The translations under genes were made by a program, and so were the position numbers. This document shows, piece by piece, positions 1-9,955 of a stretch of DNA of 52,472 nt. The stretch is from Gammaproteobacteria bacterium (lineage in GTDB: Bacteria; Pseudomonadota; Gammaproteobacteria; UBA1113), in NCBI GenBank assembly GCA_009885935.1, contig VFJT01000028.1:1-52472 (forward strand). The letters are read 5' to 3'. Position 1 is the stretch's first letter, and each line of letters begins with the position of its first letter. The notes beneath the pieces were generated by a model. It was not told where the DNA came from and did no database searches. It was given only the letters and a program-made list of their open reading frames with translations.

Positions 1-50
1 AAAAACCTTGTCAAGTGTTTTTAGAGAAAATTTTAAAATATTTTTGCCTA

Positions 51-100
51 CTCGCCCCGTCATTGTGAGGAGCGCAGCGACGATGCAATGATGGGGCGAG
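51..100. repeat. Imperfect 50-bp palindrome overlapping the first ATGs of the next ORF
   Basis: The arms ctcgccccgtcattg and caatgatggggcgag are 14/15 complementary. There is only one copy in the window, so whether it belongs to a family is unknown. Confidence 0.4.
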
Positions 101-768
101 TAGTTACCAATTTATTACACATTAAAAGTGGTTTATGGTTTTCTAAGGGCAACAGCCAATTTAAAATAAACAAGGCTTACCGCGCAGAATATAAGGTTGT
201 TGATATTGTGCCGTTAGGCAATGATCGCCTTTGTTTAGTCTATAAAACCAGCATATTTCAAGAAGACGATTCACATATTTACGATCTAAAAAATGCATTT
301 CTTATAAAAAACTTAAGGCCTGAAGAGGTAACTTTATTTGATGCGCTACATCATCATCCAAAACATAGGCAAGCGCTTTTTATGGATCTATCGAAAAAGA
401 TGTCTATCTTGTGGCACAATAAACAATCTAACTATTATGAAATGAACATCCCAGGAAAACTGGGGGCACATTATGGTCAACTCTCTGGCGACATGAACTT
501 TTTGCACTCAAACTCGTTTATCGCTAAATTAATCGGTTATAAGGGAGCATTTAGCCCGGGGTTGTGCACGCTGAATTTGCTGTTAAGCACGCTTACTTCT
601 ATAGGATACGACCATATAGAAAAATTAAATATCACATTCTGTCATAAAATTTACGAAAACCAGGTGATACTATTGTTGATTAATGATCAATATTATGAGT
701 TGGTGGATTCAGAAGGCACATTACTCGCTTATGGACGACTTCTACGATATTCAACACAATCTCCATAA
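88..768 (+). CDS. Hypothetical protein with a C-terminal MaoC-like hot-dog (dehydratase) domain
   Basis: 226-aa ORF. SGDMNFLHSNSFIAKLIGYKGAFSPGLCT resembles the MaoC/(R)-hydratase motif SGDxNPxH...G(F/Y)...HG. The start is uncertain because ATG 88 and ATG 91 lie inside the palindrome. Confidence 0.45.
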   Translation: MMGRVVTNLLHIKSGLWFSKGNSQFKINKAYRAEYKVVDIVPLGNDRLCLVYKTSIFQEDDSHIYDLKNAFLIKNLRPEEVTLFDALHHHPKHRQALFMDLSKKMSILWHNKQSNYYEMNIPGKLGAHYGQLSGDMNFLHSNSFIAKLIGYKGAFSPGLCTLNLLLSTLTSIGYDHIEKLNITFCHKIYENQVILLLINDQYYELVDSEGTLLAYGRLLRYSTQSP

Positions 769-776
769 ACTCTAGT

Positions 777-2099
777 CTAATCCTTCCCTGCCACCATCAT
801 TTCAGCCACCAACACTGAACCGCTTTCGATATGACTGCGCTTATTCACATCGTTCCCTATAGCCACAATATTAACAAACATATCTTTCAAATTACCGGCA
901 ATGGTTACGCCTTCAACTGAATGTTGAATTTTGCCCTGCTCTACCCAAAAGCCACTTGCTCCTTGTGAATAATCGCCCGTAACTAGATTAACCCCCATAC
1001 CCATGACTTCTGTGATCAATAAACCTTTATTCATCTTCTGTAATAGTGCGGCCTCATCTTCACCCGTAGATTGCACTAAAATATTGTGCGGCCCACCCGC
1101 ATTGCCCGTTGTTTCTAAGCCCAAACGGCGTGCAGAATAACTACTTAAAATATAACCTTGCAGAACGCCCGCTTTGACCAAATCGCGCTTTTGCGTTGCC
1201 ACACCTTCTTTATCAAAATAACTGCTGGCCCAAGCACGCGGTATGTGTGGATCTTCCACAATATTAACGCAATCATTCAGAATAGTTTTCCCTACCGTAC
1301 CTTTCAAAAAAGAAGCATCGCGATATAAATTGCCACCACTAATCGCCGCTAATAATTCGCCCCATAAGCCTGCTACCATACGCTGACTAAAAATAACCGG
1401 CATTTTGCCAGTAGAGATACTCTGTGCCCCTAATCTTTGCACGGTATATTCCGCGGCGCGAATAGCTACTTTGCTAAAATTATCTAAGGTTTTGGCATCA
1501 CGACTGTGCGTATAGTCGTAATCGCGCTGCATAGCGCCATTTTTATCCGTGGCTAATAAAACACAACTAAAAGAATGAGAGGTGGAGCGTACTCGGCCAC
1601 AAAATCCATATGAATTGGCATAGACATAATCCGATTGATGCGTATTCAGATTGACCCCTTCTGAATTGCTGATGCGATCATCGCTGGCTATAGCGACCGC
1701 TTCAGCTTCTTTTAATAAAGGAATCGCTTCTTCGGGTGTGATTTGCCAAGGGTGACATAAATCCAGTTCTATTGCTTTTTGTGCCATGCGTTCTTCAGGT
1801 GCTAATCCTGCGGCGGGATCTTCATCGGTATATTGTGCGATAGTCCAGGCTTTATCTAAACAATGATCTAGAGCCGCTTCAGACAGATCGGAGCTGCTGA
1901 CTACACCCTGCCGTTGACCGCAATAGACCGTTAAGGTTAACCCCTTGTCGCGATTAAATTCTACAGTATCGACTTCGCCCTTACGCACGCTGACATTAAA
2001 CCCTACACTAAAAGCAGCACTGGCTTCGGCTGCACTAGCCCCTTTTTGTTTAGCTTTATTCAATAAGGCTAAAATTGTAGTTTCAATGTGATTATGCAT
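777..2099 (-). CDS. pmbA: Metalloprotease PmbA (TldE), peptidase U62 family
   Basis: The C-terminus VEQGKIQHSVEGVTIAGNLKDMF..IGND...GSVLV closely parallels E. coli PmbA. I trimmed the start to ATG 2099 (MHNHIETT...) because the longer ORF-track N-terminus reads through a REP element. Confidence 0.85.
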   Translation of the reverse strand: MHNHIETTILALLNKAKQKGASAAEASAAFSVGFNVSVRKGEVDTVEFNRDKGLTLTVYCGQRQGVVSSSDLSEAALDHCLDKAWTIAQYTDEDPAAGLAPEERMAQKAIELDLCHPWQITPEEAIPLLKEAEAVAIASDDRISNSEGVNLNTHQSDYVYANSYGFCGRVRSTSHSFSCVLLATDKNGAMQRDYDYTHSRDAKTLDNFSKVAIRAAEYTVQRLGAQSISTGKMPVIFSQRMVAGLWGELLAAISGGNLYRDASFLKGTVGKTILNDCVNIVEDPHIPRAWASSYFDKEGVATQKRDLVKAGVLQGYILSSYSARRLGLETTGNAGGPHNILVQSTGEDEAALLQKMNKGLLITEVMGMGVNLVTGDYSQGASGFWVEQGKIQHSVEGVTIAGNLKDMFVNIVAIGNDVNKRSHIESGSVLVAEMMVAGKD

Positions 2100-2123
2100 G
2101 CGCTCTATCCAATAATAAAAGCA

Positions 2124-2180
2124 TAGGGGCAACCCCCTGTGGTTGCTCATCTAGGGCAGGCACGGGGGCCTGCCCCTACA
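2124..2180. repeat. REP/BIME-like GC-rich double hairpin (dimer; left unit slightly degenerate)
   Basis: taggggcaaccccctgtggttgc-tcatcta-gggcaggcacgggggcctgcccctaca. It lies between the OMP stop and the pmbA start. Confidence 0.8.
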
Positions 2181-2182
2181 AT

Positions 2183-3868
2183 CTAGAAATAGGCATCTAG
2201 CTGCGCCATTATACCCGTAGAAGTGCCTCCTTCTGAATTAAAGACAGCTGCATTATTACCGCTGGCGATATCATCCGAGCCATAGTTAATATAGTGGTGT
2301 AATTCTAAGCTGAGCAAGGTATTCCTAAAAATAGACGTACTCGCTGATAAGGTATAGCCGCGCAGAGGCACATTCAATGCCAAGGCTTCGCTACTTTGAT
2401 CGTAAGCTAGCGTTACCGTTGAAGGTCTATTATAGAATTTAAATCTATAATCTCCTTCGAAGTGAGAAGCGGCAGGCTGTGCGCCATGACCATTATAGGT
2501 TAAATCTTGTGGGCTAAAGGCTTGTGTAGCCGTGGTATACTCGCCAATTAGGGCAAAAGGGCCAGCACTTATATCCGTGCGTAAATCTGCACCCGGTACA
2601 TTATGCTTAAGCACTTGATCTTGTGCAGATTCACCAAAGCCTGAAAATTGGTCGACAGGAAGACCGGTAGATTGCATGCCACCACTGTCGGAAACATTAT
2701 TGATAACACTGGCACCCAAACCAATATTCGCACCGCCCAGCATGAAATGATACACTGTGTCAGCACCAAATTCATTTAAAATTTCGGTTTTTGCCGTTTC
2801 ATTGCCTGCTAGATTGGCTTCGTCAGATCCGGTACGCGCATCTCCCCTATAACCATAAATGGATGCATCCAGACCGGTAGGTTCAGTGGAGCTATAACCC
2901 AATACTACAGGCCTACCCTTGGTGCGGAATAAGGTTTTATTGAATGGATTGCTGATATCGTTGGTACTGAAAGAACCAAAAGGTACATACAATTGACCTA
3001 CGGTGCCATAAAAACCGGATCGATTAAAATTGCCGATGGTAATAAAGCCATTGTCTAAAAAGACATTTGAGTTACTCACACGGCTGCCACCGCCGGACTG
3101 CCCTGAACTATAGACAAAGGACATAAAACCAGAAACCCAGGTGCTAATACGGGCTTGCATATCCAGTTCCGCATTGCTTAAATTCAAGTCAGTATTTGAT
3201 GCGGTACTGTGCCCACTAATATTTTGACCTAGAGCTTCAATGTTACCGCTCAATTCTAGTAGCGGATAATTGGGTAAAGTCAGACCCATTGCCGTCATTG
3301 CATCTACAAAGTTTTCGTTTTGCTGCAAAATAGCCACATTCTTTTTGATGGTTGAATAGTTGACGATTAAATCTGAACCTGAAAATTGACGACCCGAATG
3401 AATAAAAGGTGCGGTAATCACGGCTGTACCACCAAGACTGGCCAAATCACCCCGCCCACCATAAGGTGTGGCCGCCAAATTAGGGCCTTGGGGAGGTAAG
3501 GAAACTTGGGTCGTGCCAGCAGAAGTATTGGCCGGAGTTGTTGCATTAAACGGCGTTGCAGGAGGCGTTGCTTCAGATTTATTACTTTTAGCGATGGGCT
3601 TAGGCGGCGATGCTGGCGGTTGAGGCGCCACCGTTGCGGCAACCGGAGTTGCCACAGGAGTTGCTTTTGCAGATTTTAACTCGGCAATTTGCTGTTGCAT
3701 TTGTTGTAGCTGTTTCTGTAAGGCCGCAGTTTGCTGGCTCAACAATTCCACTTGTTTATCTATATTGTCATTTGCAGATGAAGCGGCCCAGGCATCCGAG
3801 GCTATACCCCCACTCAAGACGAGCGCCAATGCCACACTTATTTTTTTTATGCGCAAAAACTTCATCAT
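2183..3868 (-). CDS. Outer-membrane beta-barrel protein with N-terminal coiled-coil and Pro-rich linker (possibly Legionellales MOMP-like)
   Basis: Signal peptide MMKFLRIKKISVALALVLSGGIASDAWA. A Q/L-rich heptad segment and a PVATPVAATVAPQPPASPPKP linker follow. The C-terminal half is Gly/Ser/Asn/Tyr-rich and ends in ...AQLDAYF, a terminal Phe OMP signature. A Shine-Dalgarno aagggg lies 6 nt upstream of ATG 3868. Confidence 0.7.
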   Translation of the reverse strand: MMKFLRIKKISVALALVLSGGIASDAWAASSANDNIDKQVELLSQQTAALQKQLQQMQQQIAELKSAKATPVATPVAATVAPQPPASPPKPIAKSNKSEATPPATPFNATTPANTSAGTTQVSLPPQGPNLAATPYGGRGDLASLGGTAVITAPFIHSGRQFSGSDLIVNYSTIKKNVAILQQNENFVDAMTAMGLTLPNYPLLELSGNIEALGQNISGHSTASNTDLNLSNAELDMQARISTWVSGFMSFVYSSGQSGGGSRVSNSNVFLDNGFITIGNFNRSGFYGTVGQLYVPFGSFSTNDISNPFNKTLFRTKGRPVVLGYSSTEPTGLDASIYGYRGDARTGSDEANLAGNETAKTEILNEFGADTVYHFMLGGANIGLGASVINNVSDSGGMQSTGLPVDQFSGFGESAQDQVLKHNVPGADLRTDISAGPFALIGEYTTATQAFSPQDLTYNGHGAQPAASHFEGDYRFKFYNRPSTVTLAYDQSSEALALNVPLRGYTLSASTSIFRNTLLSLELHHYINYGSDDIASGNNAAVFNSEGGTSTGIMAQLDAYF

Positions 3869-4104
3869 AGAAAACCCCTTACTTAAAATATAAAATCTGG
3901 TAGCTTTGAACAAAAATAAGTCAAGCTATTATTTTTTTATGATTTAAAAATCGCCTAGGAAAAATGATATCACAGCCACTTTATAGAATGCCAGCTTTTT
4001 TATACGTGTTAAAAAATATTTTTAACTATCGTTAATGATGACTGATCCCTGAAATCAAAAATGCGCTATAATTGACTATCAGCGTACAATAGGCCACTCT
4101 AAAA

Positions 4105-5154
4105 ATGCAGACCCTGAATATTATTCGGCCAGACGATTGGCATATACACTTGCGCGATAATACAGCATTAAAATTGACCGTATCTTTAGCCGAGCGCACA
4201 TTTGCACGCGTGCTCGCTATGCCTAATTTAACACCACCCCTAACTACGGTGCAGAGTATCTTGAACTACAGACAACGCATCTTAGCCATTGCTAAAAATG
4301 ACCACTTTACACCCTATTTTGCCGTGTATTTTACAAACGATTTAAATGCCGCCACTTTACGCGAGGCGAAACTTTGTCCATGGATCTTAGGCGTCAAATT
4401 ATATCCACAAGGGGCAACTACCCATTCAGATTGGGGTATAGACGATATCAACAAACAGTTCGCTAATTTAGCTGTCATGGAAGAATTAGCGCTACCACTA
4501 CTGATACACGGCGAAGTAACTACTAACACGATCGATATCTTTGATCGCGAGGCGCGTTTCATCGATACTGTTTTAACGCCGTTGCAACAGCGTTTTCCAA
4601 AATTACCTATGGTGTTGGAACATATCACCACCGCCGAGGCCGTAGAGTGGGTGCAAAGCATGCCCGCACACATTGCCGCCACCATTACCGCGCATCATTT
4701 AGCCTTTAACCGCAATCATTTATTGGCGGGTGGCATTAGGCCTGACTATTATTGTTTGCCCATTTTAAAGCGCCAGCATCATCAACAAAAACTGCAACAA
4801 GCCGTCATGACAAAAAATCAAAGTCAATTTTTCTTAGGCACCGACAGTGCTCCACATGTGCAAGATAAAAAATACAGTGCCTGTGGTTGTGCTGGCTGCT
4901 TTACCAGCCCTATTGCCATACCCTTATTGGCAGAACTATTTGCTGCAAATGACGCTCTGCCTTTATTAGAAACTTTTACCAGCATCAATGGTGCCCGCTT
5001 TTATCAATTACCACTCAATACAGAGCGCGTACAGTTAACACAAAGTCCGTGGGTAGTGCCAGAGCAGTACACTACAAACGATACCACTTTTATTCCCTTA
5101 TTGGCTGGGCAGACCTTATCTTGGCAATGTCACTTTATAGAAGGCTTATCCTAA
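4105..5154 (+). CDS. pyrC: Dihydroorotase (homodimeric type)
   Basis: It is collinear with E. coli PyrC over its full length. Shared motifs are RPDDWHIHLRD, DIFDREARFI, LEHITT, YCLPILKR and LGTDSAPH. Confidence 0.92.
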   Translation: MQTLNIIRPDDWHIHLRDNTALKLTVSLAERTFARVLAMPNLTPPLTTVQSILNYRQRILAIAKNDHFTPYFAVYFTNDLNAATLREAKLCPWILGVKLYPQGATTHSDWGIDDINKQFANLAVMEELALPLLIHGEVTTNTIDIFDREARFIDTVLTPLQQRFPKLPMVLEHITTAEAVEWVQSMPAHIAATITAHHLAFNRNHLLAGGIRPDYYCLPILKRQHHQQKLQQAVMTKNQSQFFLGTDSAPHVQDKKYSACGCAGCFTSPIAIPLLAELFAANDALPLLETFTSINGARFYQLPLNTERVQLTQSPWVVPEQYTTNDTTFIPLLAGQTLSWQCHFIEGLS

Positions 5155-5777
5155 TGAATGAAAATATGAGTCCTTCTCTAGCAAAACGCTTTCGCGGTTA
5201 TTTCCCGGTGATCATCGATGTTGAAACATCGGGTTTTGATGCCAGGACAAACGCTCTATTAGAAATTGCTGCCGTTAGTGTGGAAATGAATGAGCACGGT
5301 TTTCTACAACCCAAACACTCTTTTTTTTACGCCACCTTACCCTTTGACGGCGCCAAACTTGATCCCGCCTCATTGGCTTTTACCGGCATTATTCCCGATC
5401 ATCCTTTTCGCATGGCCATTGATGAAAAAAAAGCGCTGACTGAATTATTTGCCTGCTTAAAAAAAGAAATGAAACTGGCGCATTGCAAGCGCTGCGTCTT
5501 GGTCGGCCACAATGCCGCTTTTGATCTCAGTTTTGTCGCCGCCGCTTGTGAACGCAATCACATCAAAAATTTTTTTCATCCTTTTACTACCTTCGATACC
5601 GCAGCCTTAAGTGCGCTCGCTTTAGGTGAAACCGTGCTGGCCACCGCATTGGAACGCGCTAACTTAGAGTTTGATAGTAAACAAGCGCATTCGGCTTTAT
5701 ATGATGCCGAACGCACCGCGGAATTGTTTTGCTTTATTGTGAATCGTTGGCAAGCGTTGGGTGGATGGGAAGTTTAG
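5154..5777 (+). CDS. rnt: Ribonuclease T
   Basis: RFRGYFPVIIDVETSGFD, VGHNAAFD and AHSALYDAERTAELF match the RNase T DEDDh exonuclease. The start overlaps the pyrC stop (TAATG). The ORF-track 5049 start is an antisense-free extension inside pyrC. Confidence 0.88.
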   Translation: MNENMSPSLAKRFRGYFPVIIDVETSGFDARTNALLEIAAVSVEMNEHGFLQPKHSFFYATLPFDGAKLDPASLAFTGIIPDHPFRMAIDEKKALTELFACLKKEMKLAHCKRCVLVGHNAAFDLSFVAAACERNHIKNFFHPFTTFDTAALSALALGETVLATALERANLEFDSKQAHSALYDAERTAELFCFIVNRWQALGGWEV

Positions 5778-5796
5778 GGGAATGACAATATTTAAC

Positions 5797-5856
5797 CGTA
5801 GGGGCAGACCCCCGTGTCTGCCCCTTTTTGGGCGGGCACGGGGGCCCGCCCCTACG
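5797..5856. repeat. REP/BIME-like double hairpin (dimer)
   Basis: cgtaggggcagacccccgtgtctgcccc-tttt-tgggcgggcacgggggcccgcccctacg. It lies between the convergent genes rnt and ahpC. Confidence 0.85.
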
Positions 5857-5877
5857 AAAACGACACAACCTTAGAAA

Positions 5878-6483
5878 TTATAATACGTCTACATTATCAG
5901 ACAAATAAGCACTTACACCCTCAGAAGTCGGTTTCATTGCTTTTTCGCCTTTTTGCCAGCCCGCAGGGCACACTTCGCCGTGCTTATTGGCGAATTGAAT
6001 GGCATCGACTAGACGCAGTATTTCATCCACATCGCGGCCTATAGGCAAGTCATTGATAATCTGGCTACGTACTAATCCATTCGCATCCACCAAAACCGCC
6101 GCACGAAAAGCAACGCTGGCAGTAGGATGTTCTACACCATAGGCTTGGCAAATACTGTGATTAACATCGGCTACCATCGTATATTTTACAGCACCAATAC
6201 CACCTTTATTAACTGGGGTATTGCGCCAAGCAGCGTGTGTAAATTGTGAATCTATGGAAACCGCTATCACTTCTACATTACGCGCCTGGAATTCAGCCAT
6301 ACGCTTATCCAAGGCAATCAGCTCCGTAGGACAAACAAAGGTAAAGTCCAAAGGATAAAAGAAAACTAAGGCTTCTTTACCCTTAGTACGCTCAGCAAAA
6401 TGGTAATCGTTGATGATCTCACCGCTAGCCAAAACCGCACTGGCTTTAAAATCTGGGGCACTACGCCCTACTAATACCGTCAT
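5878..6483 (-). CDS. ahpC: Typical 2-Cys peroxiredoxin (AhpC/Prx1 type)
   Basis: The peroxidatic motif is FTFVCPTE and the resolving motif is GEVCPAGW. I trimmed the start to ATG 6483, which has a Shine-Dalgarno ggagag. Confidence 0.88.
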   Translation of the reverse strand: MTVLVGRSAPDFKASAVLASGEIINDYHFAERTKGKEALVFFYPLDFTFVCPTELIALDKRMAEFQARNVEVIAVSIDSQFTHAAWRNTPVNKGGIGAVKYTMVADVNHSICQAYGVEHPTASVAFRAAVLVDANGLVRSQIINDLPIGRDVDEILRLVDAIQFANKHGEVCPAGWQKGEKAMKPTSEGVSAYLSDNVDVL

Positions 6484-6646
6484 AATAAACTCTCCAATGT
6501 ACTCTTCGCATTTGATTCTTAGGCTTTGTTGCCTTCGCCCATCTCGCACCAGTCATGTAGAGTACTACACTCCTGATGCTCGAGGACTAGGCGCCTCGCC
6601 TAAAAACCAACTGCTATGAGTATGATTAAAATAATACAGGGTAAAA

Positions 6647-6961
6647 CTACCCTAACTCTTTGTCAAACAAGGCTTTTAACTCGCCGCTTTCGTACAGCGA
6701 CAATAGGATATCGCAACCGCCGATGAGTTCACCCTTGATGAAAATCTGCGGGAATGTTGGCCAGTTGGACACCTGGGGCAAGGTAGCCCGCACATCCGGA
6801 TCGGCCAAAATATCAACAAAAGCAAAGGGTTGGCCCATCGCTTTTAACACCGACACTGCCTGTGCAGAAAATCCACACCTAGGCTCGTCTGGGGACCCCT
6901 TCATATAAATTAACACGTTCTGTTCTGCTATTTGCGCTTTTAAACGCTCTATTAAGGCCAT
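6647..6961 (-). CDS. grxD: Monothiol glutaredoxin (Grx4 family)
   Basis: 104 aa with the CGFS active site (PRCGFSAQA) and [16 protein letters not shown]. Confidence 0.9.
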   Translation of the reverse strand: MALIERLKAQIAEQNVLIYMKGSPDEPRCGFSAQAVSVLKAMGQPFAFVDILADPDVRATLPQVSNWPTFPQIFIKGELIGGCDILLSLYESGELKALFDKELG

Positions 6962-7061
6962 ATTTCCCTCCTATCGCATATCTGTGAATTGTACCATACT
7001 TGCTAAAATAGCACCAGAGCCTTACACTACACTTTTATCTTACACAACATGGAGAACCCTG

Positions 7062-7646
7062 ATGATTGAGCTACCAGCACTACCCTACCCTATGGATGCT
7101 TTAGCCCCTTATATTTCCAAAGAAACCTTGGAATATCATTATGGCAAACACCACCGTGCTTATGTCGATAATCTCAATAAATTGCTGCTAGATAATCCCT
7201 TGGCCAATGAAGATTTGGAAACCATCATCAAAAAATCTTCTGGCGGTATTTTTAACAACGCCGCACAAGTATGGAACCATACTTTTTACTGGCATTCCTT
7301 AACGCCTAAGGCGAAATCTGCCCCCGAAGGTGCTTTAGCCGCCGCTATTAACGCAAAATTTGGTTCTTTTGAAAAGTTTAAAGAAGAGTTTACCAAAGCC
7401 GCCGTCACGGTGTTTGGCTCGGGTTGGGCGTGGCTAGTCAAAAATGCCCACGGCGAAATTGAAATCCTGCAAACACAAAATGCCGCCACACCGCTCACTC
7501 AAAATGGCTTTATCCCTTTACTCACTTGCGATGTCTGGGAACACGCTTATTACATAGACACACGCAATGCACGCCCTAAGTATTTAGAAAATTTCTGGGC
7601 TCTCGTCAATTGGGATTTTGCTGAGAAAAATTTCAACCGCGGATAA
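7062..7646 (+). CDS. sodB: Fe-type superoxide dismutase
   Basis: Motifs [23 protein letters not shown] and [11 protein letters not shown] trimmed the start to ATG 7062, which has a Shine-Dalgarno ggag. Confidence 0.92.
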   Translation: MIELPALPYPMDALAPYISKETLEYHYGKHHRAYVDNLNKLLLDNPLANEDLETIIKKSSGGIFNNAAQVWNHTFYWHSLTPKAKSAPEGALAAAINAKFGSFEKFKEEFTKAAVTVFGSGWAWLVKNAHGEIEILQTQNAATPLTQNGFIPLLTCDVWEHAYYIDTRNARPKYLENFWALVNWDFAEKNFNRG

Positions 7647-7654
7647 TCACTACC

Positions 7655-8821
7655 ATGGCGTCATCTTTAATGTCGGTATATAAATCTTTGCCCATTTCTT
7701 TTAGTCATGGTAAAGGTGCGTGGTTACACGATAATGCTGGCGATAGCTATTTAGACGCATTGACCGGCATTGCCGTTTGTGGTTTAGGGCATGCTCATCC
7801 CAAAGTCACCGCCACCATTACCGCACAAGCACAAAAATTGCTGCATACCAGCAATAGCTTTCACATCGAAAATCAATTGCGCCTCGCCGATTGTTTAACG
7901 CAATTATCGGGCATGGACAATGCATTTTTTATCAACTCCGGCGCCGAAGCCAATGAAACCGCCTTAAAATTGTGTAGATTGTGGGGGCGTGAAAAAAACA
8001 TTAGCCTGCCGCACGTCATTGTAACCGAGCGTGGTTTTCATGGTCGTAGCTTAGCTACCTTGAGCGCTTCGGGTTCACGCGAAATTCAAGCAGGCTTTGA
8101 ACCCTTAGTACAAGGCTTTATACGCGTTCCTTTCAATGATGTCGCCGCTATACAAACCGTTTTACAAAGTCGTAATGATGTGGTTGCCATCATGGTTGAA
8201 CCCATACAAGGCAACGGCGGCATTCGCATACCCGCCGAAGATTATTTAGTACAACTACGTAAGTTGTGTGATGCGCACGATTGTCTGTTGATTTTAGACG
8301 AAATTCAAACCGGCATCGGTCGTACCGGCAAATGGTTTGCCTATCAACACACGCCCATACTACCCGATATACTCACCTCGGCCAAAGCCTTAGGCAATGG
8401 CATTCCCATTGGTGCTTGTCTCGCCCGAGGACGCGCCGCTGAATTATTTCAACCTGGACATCATGGATCTACCTTTGGCGGCAATCCCTTTGCCTCTGCG
8501 GTTGCCTTAACCGTATTAGAAACCATCAGAGATGAAAATTTATTGCCGCACATCGCTAAAATGGGGCAATTGCTACAACATCGTTTAAACGAAACAGTAG
8601 GAAAGCACCCTAAGGTCAAGGCCATACGCGGTAAAGGTTTAATGTTAGGTATAGAATTATCAGAACCCTGCAGCACTTTGCCCGCAATAGGTTTAAAAGA
8701 AAAACTGTTATTTAATGTGACTGCTGAAAATGTGATTCGTCTACTGCCGCCTTACATCATCAATGCCGATGAGGTAGAACAGATTGTGACGCGGTTGCAG
8801 AAGGTTATTGAGGAGTTTTGA
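7655..8821 (+). CDS. argD: Class-III PLP aminotransferase (acetylornithine/succinylornithine aminotransferase-like)
   Basis: Motifs GHAHP, NSGAEANE, LILDEIQTGIGRTG, TSAKALGNG (PLP lysine) and STFGGNP. Confidence 0.75.
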   Translation: MASSLMSVYKSLPISFSHGKGAWLHDNAGDSYLDALTGIAVCGLGHAHPKVTATITAQAQKLLHTSNSFHIENQLRLADCLTQLSGMDNAFFINSGAEANETALKLCRLWGREKNISLPHVIVTERGFHGRSLATLSASGSREIQAGFEPLVQGFIRVPFNDVAAIQTVLQSRNDVVAIMVEPIQGNGGIRIPAEDYLVQLRKLCDAHDCLLILDEIQTGIGRTGKWFAYQHTPILPDILTSAKALGNGIPIGACLARGRAAELFQPGHHGSTFGGNPFASAVALTVLETIRDENLLPHIAKMGQLLQHRLNETVGKHPKVKAIRGKGLMLGIELSEPCSTLPAIGLKEKLLFNVTAENVIRLLPPYIINADEVEQIVTRLQKVIEEF

Positions 8822-8822
8822 T

Positions 8823-9653
8823 ATGAAAAATGTGATAATGGAACAAACAGAGTTAGATATTAAGAAACTAAGCCCCATACGTACGCCTGAACAAATTGAG
8901 AAAATGAGAGAGGCAGGCCGTATCTCTGCAGAAACCCTAAATCTTCTGGGGGAACAGATTAAACCAGGTATCACCACAAAAGAATTAGATATTTTAGCAT
9001 TAAAATATATTCAACAATATGGTGCTGAATTAGATCGCGAAGATCTAGAAGGATATAATTACGGCGAAGATCAAGCCGTGTTTTTTACATTGAATAATAT
9101 TGTTGCTAGAGGCATGGCCACGGACATACCACTTAAAGCGGGCGATATACTAGGAATCGATCTGAGCCTCAAAAAAGAAGGCTGGTGTGGTGACACTCAG
9201 AAAATGTGGATTGTAGGCGGCGATACTTCTTCCTTAGCCAGAAGATTATTGTCAGTGGCTTATGATTGTATGTGGGTCGGCATTAATGCTGTAAAACCAG
9301 GCGTGCACATTGGTAGCATTGCCAATAAAGTTCAAAAATACGTTGAAAGCCACAGCTTTAATATGGTAAAAATAGAAGGGCTAACGGGACATTCTATTGG
9401 TCAACGCCATTGCGAAGGTTTATTAATTCCATTTTACGGACAGCCCAATACTGGGCATATTTTAGAAGAAGGCATGGTTATTACCATTGAACCTTTTATC
9501 TGCGCAGGTTCAGGAGAAGCGCAATTACTACCCACAGAATTACGCTCGGTTAAAACGAAGGATAATACCCTAGCCGCCTTTTGGGAGCATGTCATCGTTG
9601 TCACTAAAGGTGGCTGTGAGGTATTAGATTTAAGACCCGGTGAATCTGGATAG
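8823..9653 (+). CDS. map: Type I methionine aminopeptidase-like protein (divergent)
   Basis: IEKMREAGRI is present. The metal-ligand positions are conserved (GDILGIDL, GDTQKMW, GHSIG, ITIEPF, WEHVIVVT), but the CHG(I/V)P motif reads ARGMA. A Shine-Dalgarno gaggag lies 6 nt upstream. Confidence 0.75.
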   Translation: MKNVIMEQTELDIKKLSPIRTPEQIEKMREAGRISAETLNLLGEQIKPGITTKELDILALKYIQQYGAELDREDLEGYNYGEDQAVFFTLNNIVARGMATDIPLKAGDILGIDLSLKKEGWCGDTQKMWIVGGDTSSLARRLLSVAYDCMWVGINAVKPGVHIGSIANKVQKYVESHSFNMVKIEGLTGHSIGQRHCEGLLIPFYGQPNTGHILEEGMVITIEPFICAGSGEAQLLPTELRSVKTKDNTLAAFWEHVIVVTKGGCEVLDLRPGESG

Positions 9654-9796
9654 CCATACGTCCGTAATAGCCGTTTTAGTATCCATTCCAACAAATCCCC
9701 TTACACTATAGAAAACCTATTATATGCCAAAGAATACTTCCTATTAAGAAGGATATTTGTTAATATAAATAAAATGTTTTAAGGCATTTTATTGGC

Positions 9797-9825
9797 TTGC
9801 AAATATTCCAATTCTAGGATAAAAT
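9797..9825 (+). promoter_or_regulatory. Sigma70-like promoter of the decayed toxin / antitoxin pair
   Basis: TTGCAA, a 17-nt spacer, then TAAAAT. It sits immediately upstream of ATG 9830. Confidence 0.35.
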
Positions 9826-9829
9826 GTAT

Positions 9830-9954
9830 ATGAGTGAACTTAAGAAGACCATTTGGCTGGGCGCTTCTTTAAAAGAACTGCAAAAGAAGATATTACGCTA
9901 ATCAAACAGCGACTTTATGATGCAGAAAGAATGTCTCATTTAACAGAGGTATAA
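9830..9954 (+). pseudogene. Remnant of a Gp49-like (HigB/RelE-superfamily) toxin with an internal deletion and frameshift
   Basis: Frame A gives MSELKKTIWLGASLKELQKKILR*, a typical N-terminus. A shifted frame gives KEDITLIKQRLYDAERMSHLTEV*, a typical C-terminal '..I.LIKQRL..AE..' tail. The roughly 70-aa toxin core between them is absent. Confidence 0.55.
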
Positions 9955-9955
9955 C

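Noticed and set aside
5049-5153. Long N-terminal extensions in the ORF track (rnt 5049, ahpC to 6549, sodB 6984, SDR to 17180, higB-like to 36113, Rrf2 36276, rdgC to 48310, coaX 51171)
   Set aside because: In each case the homologous protein begins at an internal Met preceded by a Shine-Dalgarno sequence. The extension overlaps the neighbouring gene or a repeat, so the starts were trimmed.
5814-6044. Short ORFs reading through REP elements (also 21103-21294, 26521-26808 and 47239-47430, and the first 17 codons of ORF 777-2150)
   Set aside because: Their N-termini are translations of the GC-rich palindromes (..GTGARPYEN.., ..GRGGPLWPP..), and the remainder is antisense to real genes. They are artefacts of the repeats.
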